The notes: generated by a model not told the origin, from the letters alone. Shown: positions 25,004 to 35,654, counted from the stretch's first letter. The stretch is 64,000 bases of DNA from Bacteroidales bacterium (GCA_046481675.1 JAWOJJ010000130.1:656-64655), one strand, 5' to 3'. Translations and numbers: made by a program.

Positions 25004-27961
25004 ATGGTTATGAAGACGAATGAGGATAACAGACCGCTGGAACTCCTGAAGCGGGAAATTCATGGTGATTTGTTCACAGATATGACCAACCGGATGCTTT
25101 ATGCTACCGATGCCTCGGCATACCGGGAAGTTCCCAGGGCTGTTGCCAGGCCTGCAGATGAAGAAGACATTCTGAAACTCATCAGGTATGCCGGGGAAAA
25201 CAACACCACATTGATCCCAAGAACTGCAGGTACATCATTGGCAGGGCAGGTAGTAGGAAACGGGATTGTTGTGGATGTATCGAAGTACTTTACCCGGATC
25301 ATCGAAATCAATGAAAAGGAGAATTACGTGCGTTTGCAGCCGGGTGTTGTTTTGGATGAGTTGAACCTGCAACTGGCAAAAAAGGGGTTGTTCTTCGGAC
25401 CTGAAACATCCACTTCAAACCGGTGTATGATTGGCGGAATGGTAGGTAACAATGCCTGCGGAGCTCATTCTCTTATTTATGGAAGCACACGCGATCACCT
25501 GCTTTCGGTTAAAGCTATCCTGAGTAACGGTGAGCAGGTTGTTTTTGAATCACTGGATGATGCTGGTTTTACAGCCAAGCTTGAGGGTGATGGTTTGGAA
25601 AATAAAATATACAGGAACATACATGATATCCTGAATTCTCAAGCCAATAGGGAAGAGATTACCAGGGAATTTCCAGATCCCGAGGTAAAACGAAGAAATA
25701 CAGGTTACGCGCTGGATTTGCTTTTGCAATGCAGTCCGTTTACCCCCAATGGCATACCGTTTAATTTTTCTAAGCTTATTGCGGGTTCTGAGGGTACACT
25801 TGCTTTCATTACCGAAATCAAACTAAATGTGGTTCCCTTGCCACCCAAGGCAAAAGGGCTCATCTGCGTTCATTTCAACACACTTGAAGAAGCCCTGCTG
25901 GCAAACCTCATCTGCCTGAAACACAATCCGGGTGCTGTGGAACTCATGGACAATACCATTTTGGAATGTACGAAATCAAATATTTCGCAGCGGAAAAACA
26001 GGTTCTTTGTTCAGGGCGATCCGGGAGCCATACTGATTGTTGAGTTTGCAAGGCCCTCACTGGATGAGATCAAAGAGATCAAGGAAAACCTTGAAAAAGA
26101 CCTGAGAAATGCCGGTTTAGGGTATCATTTCCCGCTGGTTACTGGTGCCGACATCAATAAGGTTTGGGCTTTACGCAAATCGGGGTTGGGAGTTCTTTCC
26201 AACATTCCTGGCGATGCCAAGCCGGTATCGCTGGTTGAGGACACTGCAGTGCGGCCCGACTCGCTTCCGGGCTATATCAGTGACATCAAGGAGTTGCTGG
26301 CCAAATACGGATTGAGCTGCGTTTTTCATGCCCACGTGGCAACCGGCGAATTGCACATGAGGCCGGTGATCAACCTGAAAGATCCCGAAGGTGTTGTACT
26401 TTTCAGGAAGGTAGCCTCTGAGGTTGCTCAGCTGGTTAAGAAATACAGGGGATCATTAAGCGGTGAACATGGCGACGGGCGTCTAAGAGGTGAGTTCATA
26501 CCCGTCATCGTAGGCAATACCAATTATGAACTGATGCGCCGGGTTAAAAACACCTGGGATCAGCAGGGAATTTTCAACAAGGGCAAGATCACCGATACTC
26601 CCAAAATGGATACCTTCCTGCGTACGCAATGGAAAGAAGGTGAAAGAACGCTCGATACCGTGTTTGACCATTCCTCCACCCGGGGTTTGCTGAGACATAT
26701 TGAACAATGCAACGGCTCAGGCGATTGTCGCAAATCGGTTCTGATGGGCGGAACCATGTGTCCTACCTTCATGGCCACCCGCGATGAAAACATGACCACG
26801 CGTGCCCGGGCAAATGCATTGCGCGAATACATGCTCAATGCATCCAACGGAAAATCAATGTCGATTGAGGCGGTATATGATATTCTGGACCTTTGCCTGG
26901 CTTGTAAGGGATGCAAATCAGAATGTCCGTCCAACGTTGACATGGCCAAACTTAAAGCTGAGTTTTTACAGCATTATTACGACAAGAAGGGTGTTTCATT
27001 GCTTGCCTGGATGGTGGCCCACATTGCACGAATTCATAAAATAAACGCACATTTTCCCTGGCTCTATAACACCCTGATGAAAAACCGGCTGATGGCCTCA
27101 GTGGTAAAAAGCACGTTGGGATTTGCCAGCCAGCGGACGCTGCCGCTTTTGTCAGCCAACAGCTTTGAAAAATGGCTGATGCGGAATAATTACATGTCTG
27201 CAGCCACTCACGATGAAAATTCCGATCGGCCAGTTGTTCAGTTGTTCCTGGATGAATTCACCAATTACCTGGATGCCGAAATTGGTATTGCTGCAGTGAA
27301 GTTGCTGACCAGGCTCGGGTACCAGGTAAGGATCAATCCCTCAAAAGAAAGTGCCCGAACCTTCATATCAAAAGGTTTGCTGCACAAAGCCAGAAAAGTG
27401 GCCAATTATAATGTGAAGCTTTTCAGCCGGCTGGTCGACCAACAGCATGTTCTGGTGGGTATTGAGCCTTCAGCCATACTGGCATTCAGAGATGAATACC
27501 CGGAACTGGTAAGCAGTGAGTTGAAACAGGATGCCTTGCACATTGCAAAGCATTGCATGACGATCGACGAATTCATTTCCGCTGAGTATGAGGCTGGCCG
27601 GATTGACAGAAAACTGTTCACCGGTGAAAAAGCAATGATCAAAATGCATGGCCATTGCCAGCAAAAAGCTGTTGCATCAACTGCCTCAATAATAACCATG
27701 TTGACCATACCTGAAAATTACACTGTCGAAGAGATCAAATCGGGATGTTGCGGCATGGCCGGTGTTTATGGCTATGAAAAGAAACACTATGAATTGTCGA
27801 TGAAAATTGGCGAATTGGTTCTTTTCCCGGCTGTCAGAGATTCAGAACCGGGTGCCATTATTTGTGCTTCAGGCAACAGTTGCCGGCAGCAGATCCTCGA
27901 CGGTACCGGTGTGGTTGCCCTGCATCCTGCAGAAATACTCTATAATGCACTGGTTAAGTGA
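25004..27961 (+). CDS. FAD-linked oxidase fused to Fe-S/CCG domains (YdiJ-like 2-hydroxyacid dehydrogenase family)
   Basis: N-terminal FAD_binding_4-like region (IPRTAGTSLAGQ), ferredoxin-type Cys clusters (CNGSGDCRK..CP; CLACKGCKSECPSNV), C-terminal CCG motif (GCCGMAG). 985 aa. Confidence 0.85.
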   Translation: MVMKTNEDNRPLELLKREIHGDLFTDMTNRMLYATDASAYREVPRAVARPADEEDILKLIRYAGENNTTLIPRTAGTSLAGQVVGNGIVVDVSKYFTRIIEINEKENYVRLQPGVVLDELNLQLAKKGLFFGPETSTSNRCMIGGMVGNNACGAHSLIYGSTRDHLLSVKAILSNGEQVVFESLDDAGFTAKLEGDGLENKIYRNIHDILNSQANREEITREFPDPEVKRRNTGYALDLLLQCSPFTPNGIPFNFSKLIAGSEGTLAFITEIKLNVVPLPPKAKGLICVHFNTLEEALLANLICLKHNPGAVELMDNTILECTKSNISQRKNRFFVQGDPGAILIVEFARPSLDEIKEIKENLEKDLRNAGLGYHFPLVTGADINKVWALRKSGLGVLSNIPGDAKPVSLVEDTAVRPDSLPGYISDIKELLAKYGLSCVFHAHVATGELHMRPVINLKDPEGVVLFRKVASEVAQLVKKYRGSLSGEHGDGRLRGEFIPVIVGNTNYELMRRVKNTWDQQGIFNKGKITDTPKMDTFLRTQWKEGERTLDTVFDHSSTRGLLRHIEQCNGSGDCRKSVLMGGTMCPTFMATRDENMTTRARANALREYMLNASNGKSMSIEAVYDILDLCLACKGCKSECPSNVDMAKLKAEFLQHYYDKKGVSLLAWMVAHIARIHKINAHFPWLYNTLMKNRLMASVVKSTLGFASQRTLPLLSANSFEKWLMRNNYMSAATHDENSDRPVVQLFLDEFTNYLDAEIGIAAVKLLTRLGYQVRINPSKESARTFISKGLLHKARKVANYNVKLFSRLVDQQHVLVGIEPSAILAFRDEYPELVSSELKQDALHIAKHCMTIDEFISAEYEAGRIDRKLFTGEKAMIKMHGHCQQKAVASTASIITMLTIPENYTVEEIKSGCCGMAGVYGYEKKHYELSMKIGELVLFPAVRDSEPGAIICASGNSCRQQILDGTGVVALHPAEILYNALVK

Positions 27962-27973
27962 CAAGTGACCAGT

Positions 27974-28618
27974 TCACACTTCGATCATTTTGTGCTTGAT
28001 GGCATAAATAACCAGGCTGGCGGCGTTACTCGTGTCGGTTTTTGTGAGCAGGCTTGCCCTGTGATGATCAACCGTGCGCTTGCTGATGAAAAGCTTATCG
28101 GCTATTTCCTGGTTTGATAGTCCCTTGCATATCAGTTGCAATACCTCAAGCTCACGATCAGAAAGCACTACCGGTGCATCTACCTGCACGGTTTTGGTTT
28201 TAAACCGGTCAACAAGCCTGTATAGTATTTCTTCGGTGAAATAGTTATTTCCCTGGGCCACGGTAAGGATGGCTTTTTTAACTTCGGAAAATTCGGAGTT
28301 CTTCAACAGGAAACCACATACTCCTGCATCTACCATTTTTTGGAAGTATTCCTCATCACCATACATGGACAGCGCCATGATCTTCAGGTCGGGATTCATC
28401 TCCAGTGCCCTGGATGTTGCTTCTATTCCGTTTACTTTGGGCATTTCAATATCCATCAGCACCAGGTCGGGATTGCATGCTTTGATCATATTAAGAAAAA
28501 CCTCACCATCGGAGGCTTCCCACACTTCGCCAACCTCTTCCAGGTTTGAAAGAAGAAATTTCAACCCTTCCCTGAAGAGTTTATGATCATCAACAATAAG
28601 AATATTAAGCTTTCCCAT
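27974..28618 (-). CDS. NarL/LuxR-family response regulator
   Basis: REC domain (ILIVDDH, DLVLMDIEMP, phospho-acceptor Asp) plus LuxR HTH (LSDRELEVLQLICKGLSNQEIADKLFISKRTV). Confidence 0.92.
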   Translation of the reverse strand: MGKLNILIVDDHKLFREGLKFLLSNLEEVGEVWEASDGEVFLNMIKACNPDLVLMDIEMPKVNGIEATSRALEMNPDLKIMALSMYGDEEYFQKMVDAGVCGFLLKNSEFSEVKKAILTVAQGNNYFTEEILYRLVDRFKTKTVQVDAPVVLSDRELEVLQLICKGLSNQEIADKLFISKRTVDHHRASLLTKTDTSNAASLVIYAIKHKMIEV

Positions 28619-29636
28619 GAGGTGCTATTTTAGGTTTTGTGGTCAGCACAATACTTGTCATCATTCCTTTAGGCAGGATTCTTTTCAGGCTGATTTCTCC
28701 ATCAAGCGCTTTTAAACGTGAATGCATGTTGGATATGCCCATACCTTCGATATTGCCCGGATCATCCGCGTCAAAACCGATTCCGTCGTCAAAATACTGG
28801 ATAATCAGTTTGTTTTCATTGAAGTGAATCAGCAGCGATATGTTGGAGGCTGATGCATGTTTAACCGTATTCTGAAAAAGTTCACAAACAATACGGTAGA
28901 GATTGGTTTCAACCTGGTTCTCAAATCTCAGGTTTTCAATATTATGGCTAAAGGAAACTTCAATTTTACCAAGCCGGTTGATGTTTTCGATAAAGGAATT
29001 CACGGCACTGGCCAGGCCAAAACTCTCGAGAATGTGCGGACTCAGGCTGTTGGAAGTGTATTTGAGTGAATTGATGGATTCATTGATCAGGTTGCTGATG
29101 TTTTCAATAACCGTGAGGTTGAACCCGGCAATCTGGGTTTTGTCAATGGCAGAAACCGACATTTTGATATTTGATAAAAGCGGGCCGATACCGTCATGCA
29201 GGTCTTTTGCGAATTGTCTTCTTTCCTTTTCCTCGGTGCGCATGATGGCGTGCAATACCTTGTTTTCCGATTCTTTTCTGTAATCGTCAATTCTTTTGAG
29301 GAATTTGAACAACCGCCTTATAAATATTACACCGGCAAGAAGCAAAACAGCAATCAAAATTTTGAGCAGCCTGTCGATCAGGAAAATTTCCGATTGCATT
29401 TCCTTATAGTATATGGGAACAAGGTCCAGGATGTTCCTTATGGCAATCAGCAGAAAGGCAAGTGAAATGAGAATCCAGCTGATGTTGAACTTGGTCTGAC
29501 GGGTCAGACTCAAAGCGTAGAATGCAGCCAGGAATTGGAATACTATGGAAATGATTAAAGCTGTTTTCATCAAGGTCACCCTGAAAGTGATGACTGCAAA
29601 AGTAGTTAATTTTATCAGGGTAAAAAGCGGTGGCAT
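28605..29636 (-). CDS. Membrane sensor histidine kinase (HisKA_3/NarX-DesK type)
   Basis: Three to four N-terminal TM helices, H-box FAKDLHDGIGP, HATPase_c motifs (DDGIGFD, GMGISNM). Overlaps the response-regulator start by 14 nt. Confidence 0.88.
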   Translation of the reverse strand: MPPLFTLIKLTTFAVITFRVTLMKTALIISIVFQFLAAFYALSLTRQTKFNISWILISLAFLLIAIRNILDLVPIYYKEMQSEIFLIDRLLKILIAVLLLAGVIFIRRLFKFLKRIDDYRKESENKVLHAIMRTEEKERRQFAKDLHDGIGPLLSNIKMSVSAIDKTQIAGFNLTVIENISNLINESINSLKYTSNSLSPHILESFGLASAVNSFIENINRLGKIEVSFSHNIENLRFENQVETNLYRIVCELFQNTVKHASASNISLLIHFNENKLIIQYFDDGIGFDADDPGNIEGMGISNMHSRLKALDGEISLKRILPKGMMTSIVLTTKPKIAPHGKA

Positions 29637-29750
29637 TTTAAAGAAACCAGTTTGGAAATTATTCCGGCCCCTCTAAAGATCGTTGAAATAATAGCTTGCA
29701 ATTTGTCAGATAATCACTTAAATTTGAATTTAATCAGTAATACATGAACC

Positions 29751-30134
29751 ATGCCTGAAGAAAAGCCTTATACTCTTCAATTTAACCACGGTACTCAGTA
29801 TCTTACCGCAATTGTATCTGGTGAAAAGGATTCGTTGGATGTATCGTTGATGTTCTGGAAAGAAATTTTTGATGAATGTGAATCCAGGGATTATAAGCGG
29901 GTATTGATATCAGAGAACTTCAGGAACGACATTTCTGCTATTGACATGTATATTCTTGGCGAGAAGTTATGCGAAATGGCTCCCAAAGATATTTGTGTAG
30001 CTTTTGTGGATGATCAGTTGCAGCAACTTGAAATGAACCGGTTTACCGAAACGGTTGTTTATAACAGGGGAGGCAAGGGCAAGGCTTTTGCCAATAAGGA
30101 AGAGGCTGAGAAATGGCTCCTTGAACAGGAATGA
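29751..30134 (+). CDS. Hypothetical protein (127 aa)
   Basis: Isolated ORF with plausible coding composition. No motif recognised, though an alpha/beta STAS-like pattern is possible. Confidence 0.45.
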   Translation: MPEEKPYTLQFNHGTQYLTAIVSGEKDSLDVSLMFWKEIFDECESRDYKRVLISENFRNDISAIDMYILGEKLCEMAPKDICVAFVDDQLQQLEMNRFTETVVYNRGGKGKAFANKEEAEKWLLEQE

Positions 30135-30335
30135 AGGCTCCCCAATAAACCACAATTTTAGTATTTTTATAAAACACACGCATTCAATAAGTTCATCCAT
30201 TGAATTTTTGAATGGCACAAATATTGATACCAGGAAGGATAGGTAGTTTAACTTTTCGGGAGAAATGACGTATATACTATCAAATCCTGGAGAAACACAG
30301 ATAAACACCAGATTATCCAATATTTATAAATAAAT

Positions 30336-31361
30336 ATGAGCGACCAAAACATGAAGTACAAGATTCTGCAACCGGTTTTTAGTATTATTTTTTTTACGGC
30401 AATTTTTGGTTCTGTTAATGGATACGGGCAGGAACAAAGCACTTCTAGGATGTTTACAGCAGAATTGAATGTGAAGTTTGATGGTATGGAAATTAAAAAA
30501 CTGGAAAGAGCTGCAAAAATGCTGACGGACGCAGAAGCCATGCTTCAGAGCGCTACCAGTCAGTATGATGCGCTTACCGATTTGCAAAAGAAGGAGCGCA
30601 TTTCATCCGAATATAATGCAGCCATGAAGCTGTTGCTGGCAAGCAGCAAAACCGCCAAGGAAGCCAACGCCATTGTATTTTATGTATTCAAATTAAAGAA
30701 TGAAAGTTTTTGGACCAAGATGAACCGAACCAGGCACCGGGCTGCCGGAATGGAGAAAGCCAGGTACTACCAGGGAACAGCACTGAAAAGCTACAACCGT
30801 TCGCTAATCCGAAGACAACAGGCTGAAGACGCCGACCGGTTTGATTATGCGCTTGCCATTATGAAGGATGCCTTGGGGTATGAAAAGCTGGCTGTGCGCG
30901 ATCAGGGAAGGTCACTGCAAATATGTACCGATTACCCTGTAGAATATAATTACGGATGGGAAGATGACCTTTCACTCGAGGAAGTGGTAAAAATAATGAA
31001 GGATCCGAATGTTCATGAGCCTCCCAAAGATATTTTTGCCACGGTTGACAAGGAAACCCTTGTGGATTCCTCCCTGTTCAAAGAAGTCATCTTCAAGGTT
31101 CAGATTGCAGCGCATACCATGCCATTAAGCGAGGAATACCTGAACCTGATATACAAAGACAAAATTCCCATTGACATGATTTACGAAGAAAACTGGTATA
31201 AATACTCAATCGGGCGTTACAAGACTTTTGAAGAAGCTGAAGCTACCCTGATTGAAACCAATATTAAGAAAGCCTTTGTAGTAGCTTATTCTGAAGGTAA
31301 GAAGATGAGTACCCGCGATGCCATTGAATTAATAGAAAAAAGAAAAGCAGCAAAGGAATAA
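30336..31361 (+). CDS. Hypothetical secreted protein with C-terminal SPOR-like domain
   Basis: Hydrophobic N-terminus (ILQPVFSIIFFTAIFGSVNG). C-terminal FKVQIAAH...YKYSIGRYKTFEEAEATL...KAFVVAY resembles the SPOR peptidoglycan-binding repeat. Confidence 0.6.
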   Translation: MSDQNMKYKILQPVFSIIFFTAIFGSVNGYGQEQSTSRMFTAELNVKFDGMEIKKLERAAKMLTDAEAMLQSATSQYDALTDLQKKERISSEYNAAMKLLLASSKTAKEANAIVFYVFKLKNESFWTKMNRTRHRAAGMEKARYYQGTALKSYNRSLIRRQQAEDADRFDYALAIMKDALGYEKLAVRDQGRSLQICTDYPVEYNYGWEDDLSLEEVVKIMKDPNVHEPPKDIFATVDKETLVDSSLFKEVIFKVQIAAHTMPLSEEYLNLIYKDKIPIDMIYEENWYKYSIGRYKTFEEAEATLIETNIKKAFVVAYSEGKKMSTRDAIELIEKRKAAKE

Positions 31362-31374
31362 GTTGCATGTCAGG

Positions 31375-32409
31375 TTAATGCTCTTCCTGCTCCCGGTGTT
31401 TGGTAGAAAGCATACCGCATGCAGCAAGAATGTCGAGTCCGCGTGATGCCCTGATGGTAGTTAGTATCCCCTTTTCATTGAGCCTTTGTTTGAACCACTG
31501 AATGGTTTCTTCATCAGAACTTTCATAGGGCACTCCGGGAACAGGATGAAACCGGATCAGGTTAATTCTGCACCGAAGTCCGTTCAGCAGCCTGGTAAGC
31601 CCGTTTACATGCCGCGCGGTGTCATTGAAATCTTTGAACATTATATATTCAAAGGAAATCCTGCGTTGTCTTTCAATACTACTCTTCCTGAGTACTTCAA
31701 CAACCCGTTTGATGGGGAAAACCTTTTCAGAAGGCATTAATTGCAGCCGTTCATCTTCAAAAGGGGTATGCAGGCTAACAGCTATATGACAACGGCTTTT
31801 ACTGATAATTTGCTCCAAGCCGGGTATTACACCAATTGTGGAAACTGTAATGCGCGATGGGCTGATGCCAAATCCATAGGGTGAAGTCATGATTTCCAGG
31901 CACTTGAGCAAATTTCCGGTATTGGCAAGCGGTTCGCCCATGCCCATAAACACGTAATTGGTCAGGCTGTCCCTCTCCGGAAGTGATAGGATTTGGTTCA
32001 GAATTTCTCCTGCTGACAGATTGCCATGAAACCCCTGCTTACCGGTCATGCAAAAAACACAACCCATTTGACAGCCCACCTGGGTTGATATGCAAAGCGT
32101 TGATCGATCGTTTTCAGGAATATATACAGCCTCAACAAACCGTTCGCCCTTAACCCTGAACAGGTACTTCCTGGTGCCGTCGGAGGAAGCCTGTACTTTT
32201 TCAGGAGCTGACAAGCCGATGGTGTAAGATTCATTCAGCTTAGCTCTTGCTACTTTGGATAGATTGGTCATTTCATCCAAAGAGGCAATCTTCTTTGCAT
32301 AAAGCCATTCTGCAATTTGTTTTGACGTGTACACAGGCAATTCACATGCGCTCACCAGGGCAACAATTTCATCAAGGGTACTACCAATCAAATCCTCTTT
32401 TTCGGGCAT
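31375..32409 (-). CDS. rlmN: 23S rRNA (adenine2503-C2)/tRNA methyltransferase RlmN (radical SAM)
   Basis: CISTQVGCQMGCVFCMTG cluster motif, GMGEPLAN, and C-terminal DILAACGML with the second catalytic Cys. Confidence 0.93.
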   Translation of the reverse strand: MPEKEDLIGSTLDEIVALVSACELPVYTSKQIAEWLYAKKIASLDEMTNLSKVARAKLNESYTIGLSAPEKVQASSDGTRKYLFRVKGERFVEAVYIPENDRSTLCISTQVGCQMGCVFCMTGKQGFHGNLSAGEILNQILSLPERDSLTNYVFMGMGEPLANTGNLLKCLEIMTSPYGFGISPSRITVSTIGVIPGLEQIISKSRCHIAVSLHTPFEDERLQLMPSEKVFPIKRVVEVLRKSSIERQRRISFEYIMFKDFNDTARHVNGLTRLLNGLRCRINLIRFHPVPGVPYESSDEETIQWFKQRLNEKGILTTIRASRGLDILAACGMLSTKHREQEEH

Positions 32410-32421
32410 TCACTAAAAATG

Positions 32422-35013
32422 TTAGTATTTGACCATTCTCGAAATAAACAGCCGGCTGCCGGTATTTATATTAACAAGATACATACCCGGTTCCAGGAAG
32501 GAAACGTCGAGGTGTATTGCTCCGTTAACAACAGCTACACTTCGGGAGTATACCTGCTGACCGGAGACGCCGTAAACAGAAATTTCCACGTCAGAATTCG
32601 AAAGCTCTTCTCCCTTAATCATTACATAGTCGCTGGCAGGTTGTGGATAAATCTCCAGGTTTTCGGATCCGGATTTCAAGATGCCGGTTGTAAGGTCAAT
32701 AATACTAATATTAAAATCATCAGTAGCTCCGCAAAAACTTCCGTCAACCTGGATCCAGTATGTTTTTCCTGCTGTAACCGGCTGCGATTTAATCAGCGGC
32801 CTGTAATCAGAATCAGAACGGTCATCGTTGGCAGCCATCAGGGTATAGTCGTTGTTATACAATGCTTCAGGTGATTCGGCATCATACAGTGCTATTTGAT
32901 TGTCGTATCCGGTTGATGAAATGCTGATTTTCCCTGTAATTTCGGGCACAAATGTAAACCACACGCTGTTTTGCAAAATTCCGGTTCCGTTCATACATTC
33001 ATCGCACCACGACAACTGTGAGGTGCAGGAGGTGTATGGAGGAACAGGCTCTCCCTCTTCAGTAGTGGCACAAATGTTGGTAAAATAATCACTTCTCCCA
33101 AGATACAGTTGAACTGCATTGCTGATGTCATCATTTACCGGTTTCAGGATTAACATCTGGAACTGATCATTTCCTGTACAGGTGCCTTTTGTTCCGGAGG
33201 CAGTAACGTGAACATAATAATTGCCAGTGGCCTTATAACCGTTTTTTTTGTGCACATATACTGTATCACCGGAATTACTGCTCAAATCCAGCATTTCCTC
33301 AGCGCCTGATGTCAATTCCCAGTTGTATACATCCCCGCCGTTTCCAACCAGCATGATCGAGTCAAAATCACAGTCGCACATTTCTTCAGGTGCCCTGGAA
33401 CTGATGCTTACAGCAATTTCGTTACCCGCTTTAATTGTTTTTGATTCCGTTGATTTGAGCATTCCTCCAACTGAAAGTTCCAGGTTTGCTGTATAATAGG
33501 TGTTGTCATGAAATTCAACAACCGGGTTGGCTGAAGTATCTGAAGTGCCTTCAACAAAAGAAAATGTGGCCGGAGTAAAGTTCCATTTTCTGCTGTAAGG
33601 TCCAAAAACAGAATAGTCTTTGAATTGCACCGGAGTATTGATGCAAACCAGATCCGCTTCCGAAGTGAAAAATGCATCCGGAGAATTATTAACCGGACTG
33701 TAGCCGCTCAATTCCATTAACCCTGTTGAGTCAGGATCGATGAAACTGCGTAATGACGGATAGGTTATGCTTTTGGCTTTATAGGAAGAACTCAGTTTGC
33801 CGAAAAACTTGAAATCTTCATCACCACCGTGCAATTGTCCGATGACCTGGTTAAGCTTGTTAAATAGCGGTCCGCCTGAGGAACCACCAACTGATTTTCC
33901 CAGATCGAAGGAAACCACCCAATGGCTGCCAATGGGAGATGCTGATTTATCATCCCAGGTGATTTCAACAGGGTTTGAGAAGATGCTGTCGTAATCAATT
34001 GATATCTTTTTGGTTTGCCGGTATGGAACATGAACACTGGTTACGTTTATGTCGGCAGAGTCATAAACATTCCATCCGGCATAATAGGGTTGGTATGAAA
34101 CAGGTGGGCTGTCCAATAGCTTGAGCAATGTAAAATCTGAAGACTTACCGGTTGTGAGCAATGCAGCTCCGCCGGTAAGTGTTTTGTAGTCGGCGGTATC
34201 CCCGTTGCAGCCTTCTATCTCGTAATTGAAATAGGTAACCAGGCTGGCCGCTTCAGCAGTGGCACTGATGCAATGATTGGCAGTCAGAAAATAGGGCGTT
34301 TCATCCTGCTTAACATTGTTGATCAGTGCACCGGTGCAGTATGACTGATAACCATCCGACCTGAAAACCATCCGGCATACCGCGTGTTTTATCAGTTGGG
34401 CATCTTTACCAACCGCACAGTTGATGTTGATGAATTCAGAAGCCGCACTTTCTGCCTGAAATGGATCTTCATAGCCCTGTCCCAGGGAACCAATAACCAA
34501 TTGGCCTTCGTATTCCGGGTTGTCAGGTTCAAAATATTCAAGAATTGCGTGATTGCCCCTGAAATCGGCAACCACAAACCGGGAATCATCACGCATGTTG
34601 CGCCTGGTAAAAGCACCTGCAATACGCGTCATCTCCTCATTGTACAGGAATAATTGAGCTCCTTCAGGCACTTTAAACCTGTCAAAAGTAACCTGCAGTG
34701 ATAGCGCATTCTCGTTGCGGATCTTCAGCCTCCATATCCTGCCTTTTCCGCTGATTACGTCAACTTTTGCAACGGCTTTCAGGTCAACTATTGTATCCTT
34801 GTAAATTCCAAAACGGCAGGGCAGGTTATTTTGAACTGCTTCGTTCCGGAGTCTCTCAATATCCAGTTTTTCTAAACTGACCACGGGAACCGGTGCGGTA
34901 CTTTTCAAACTTAAAAGCGATATGGAATGAGGCATACCGCCTTCGGAAATCTGAGCATCCAGATCAACCGTAAATAGCACAAAGGCCATGAATAATAATC
35001 CGATCCGCAACAT
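32422..35013 (-). CDS. Secreted trypsin-fold (S1) serine endopeptidase with PKD-like and PPC-like domains and T9SS C-terminal sorting domain
   Basis: Signal peptide. YFLTANHC (catalytic His) and GGSSGGPLF (catalytic Ser). The C-terminal roughly 80 aa (LEIYPQPASDYVMI...GMYLVNINT...) matches the T9SS type A CTD pattern. Confidence 0.85.
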   Translation of the reverse strand: MLRIGLLFMAFVLFTVDLDAQISEGGMPHSISLLSLKSTAPVPVVSLEKLDIERLRNEAVQNNLPCRFGIYKDTIVDLKAVAKVDVISGKGRIWRLKIRNENALSLQVTFDRFKVPEGAQLFLYNEEMTRIAGAFTRRNMRDDSRFVVADFRGNHAILEYFEPDNPEYEGQLVIGSLGQGYEDPFQAESAASEFININCAVGKDAQLIKHAVCRMVFRSDGYQSYCTGALINNVKQDETPYFLTANHCISATAEAASLVTYFNYEIEGCNGDTADYKTLTGGAALLTTGKSSDFTLLKLLDSPPVSYQPYYAGWNVYDSADINVTSVHVPYRQTKKISIDYDSIFSNPVEITWDDKSASPIGSHWVVSFDLGKSVGGSSGGPLFNKLNQVIGQLHGGDEDFKFFGKLSSSYKAKSITYPSLRSFIDPDSTGLMELSGYSPVNNSPDAFFTSEADLVCINTPVQFKDYSVFGPYSRKWNFTPATFSFVEGTSDTSANPVVEFHDNTYYTANLELSVGGMLKSTESKTIKAGNEIAVSISSRAPEEMCDCDFDSIMLVGNGGDVYNWELTSGAEEMLDLSSNSGDTVYVHKKNGYKATGNYYVHVTASGTKGTCTGNDQFQMLILKPVNDDISNAVQLYLGRSDYFTNICATTEEGEPVPPYTSCTSQLSWCDECMNGTGILQNSVWFTFVPEITGKISISSTGYDNQIALYDAESPEALYNNDYTLMAANDDRSDSDYRPLIKSQPVTAGKTYWIQVDGSFCGATDDFNISIIDLTTGILKSGSENLEIYPQPASDYVMIKGEELSNSDVEISVYGVSGQQVYSRSVAVVNGAIHLDVSFLEPGMYLVNINTGSRLFISRMVKY

Positions 35014-35165
35014 GTTGTGAAAAATGAAATGGTTAACTTCTAATATAATTTCTGAAAAAACCCCGAATGATTTTACCCTGCAAAAATAACAAATGCTTTC
35101 AACTATTAACTCCTTTGGTTGTTATTAATAGAAAGCTCCGAAAAGAACAATTGAAAACCATTATT

Positions 35166-35654
35166 ATGAAACAGCTTGTTTTTTTATTGATACTTCTCAT
35201 GAAAATATTGACAGTGAACGGACAGCAAACCACAAACAACAAAGAAATGGACAAAGTGATTAAAAGCGAAGCCGAATGGGAAAAAAAACTGACTCCTGAA
35301 CAGTACAATATCTGCCGCTTAAAAGCTACGGAGCTGCCGGGCAGTGGAAAATACTACAATTTTTATCAGAAGGGGCATTACCAATGTGTGGCTTGTGGAA
35401 ACCATTTGTTTGATTCGGTTACAAAGTATGATTCTGGGAGCGGATGGCCTAGTTTTTATGATGCTCACAGCCAAAAGAACATCCAGCTGCAAACTGATAA
35501 AAGCCTTGGTATGATGCGTACCGAAGTAGTCTGCGCCCGGTGCGGGTCGCACCTGGGGCATGTTTTTGATGATGGACCGAAACCCTCTGGCCTCAGGTAT
35601 TGTATTAATTCACTTGCTCTTGAATTTGTAGCCGATGAAAAAAAAGACCGGTAG
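35166..35654 (+). CDS. msrB: Peptide-methionine (R)-S-oxide reductase MsrB with signal peptide
   Basis: CVACGNHLF and CARCGSHLGH zinc CxxC pairs, GLRYCINS catalytic motif. Start chosen at MKQLVFLLILLMKILTVNGQ (the track ORF begins at 35067). Confidence 0.9.
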   Translation: MKQLVFLLILLMKILTVNGQQTTNNKEMDKVIKSEAEWEKKLTPEQYNICRLKATELPGSGKYYNFYQKGHYQCVACGNHLFDSVTKYDSGSGWPSFYDAHSQKNIQLQTDKSLGMMRTEVVCARCGSHLGHVFDDGPKPSGLRYCINSLALEFVADEKKDR

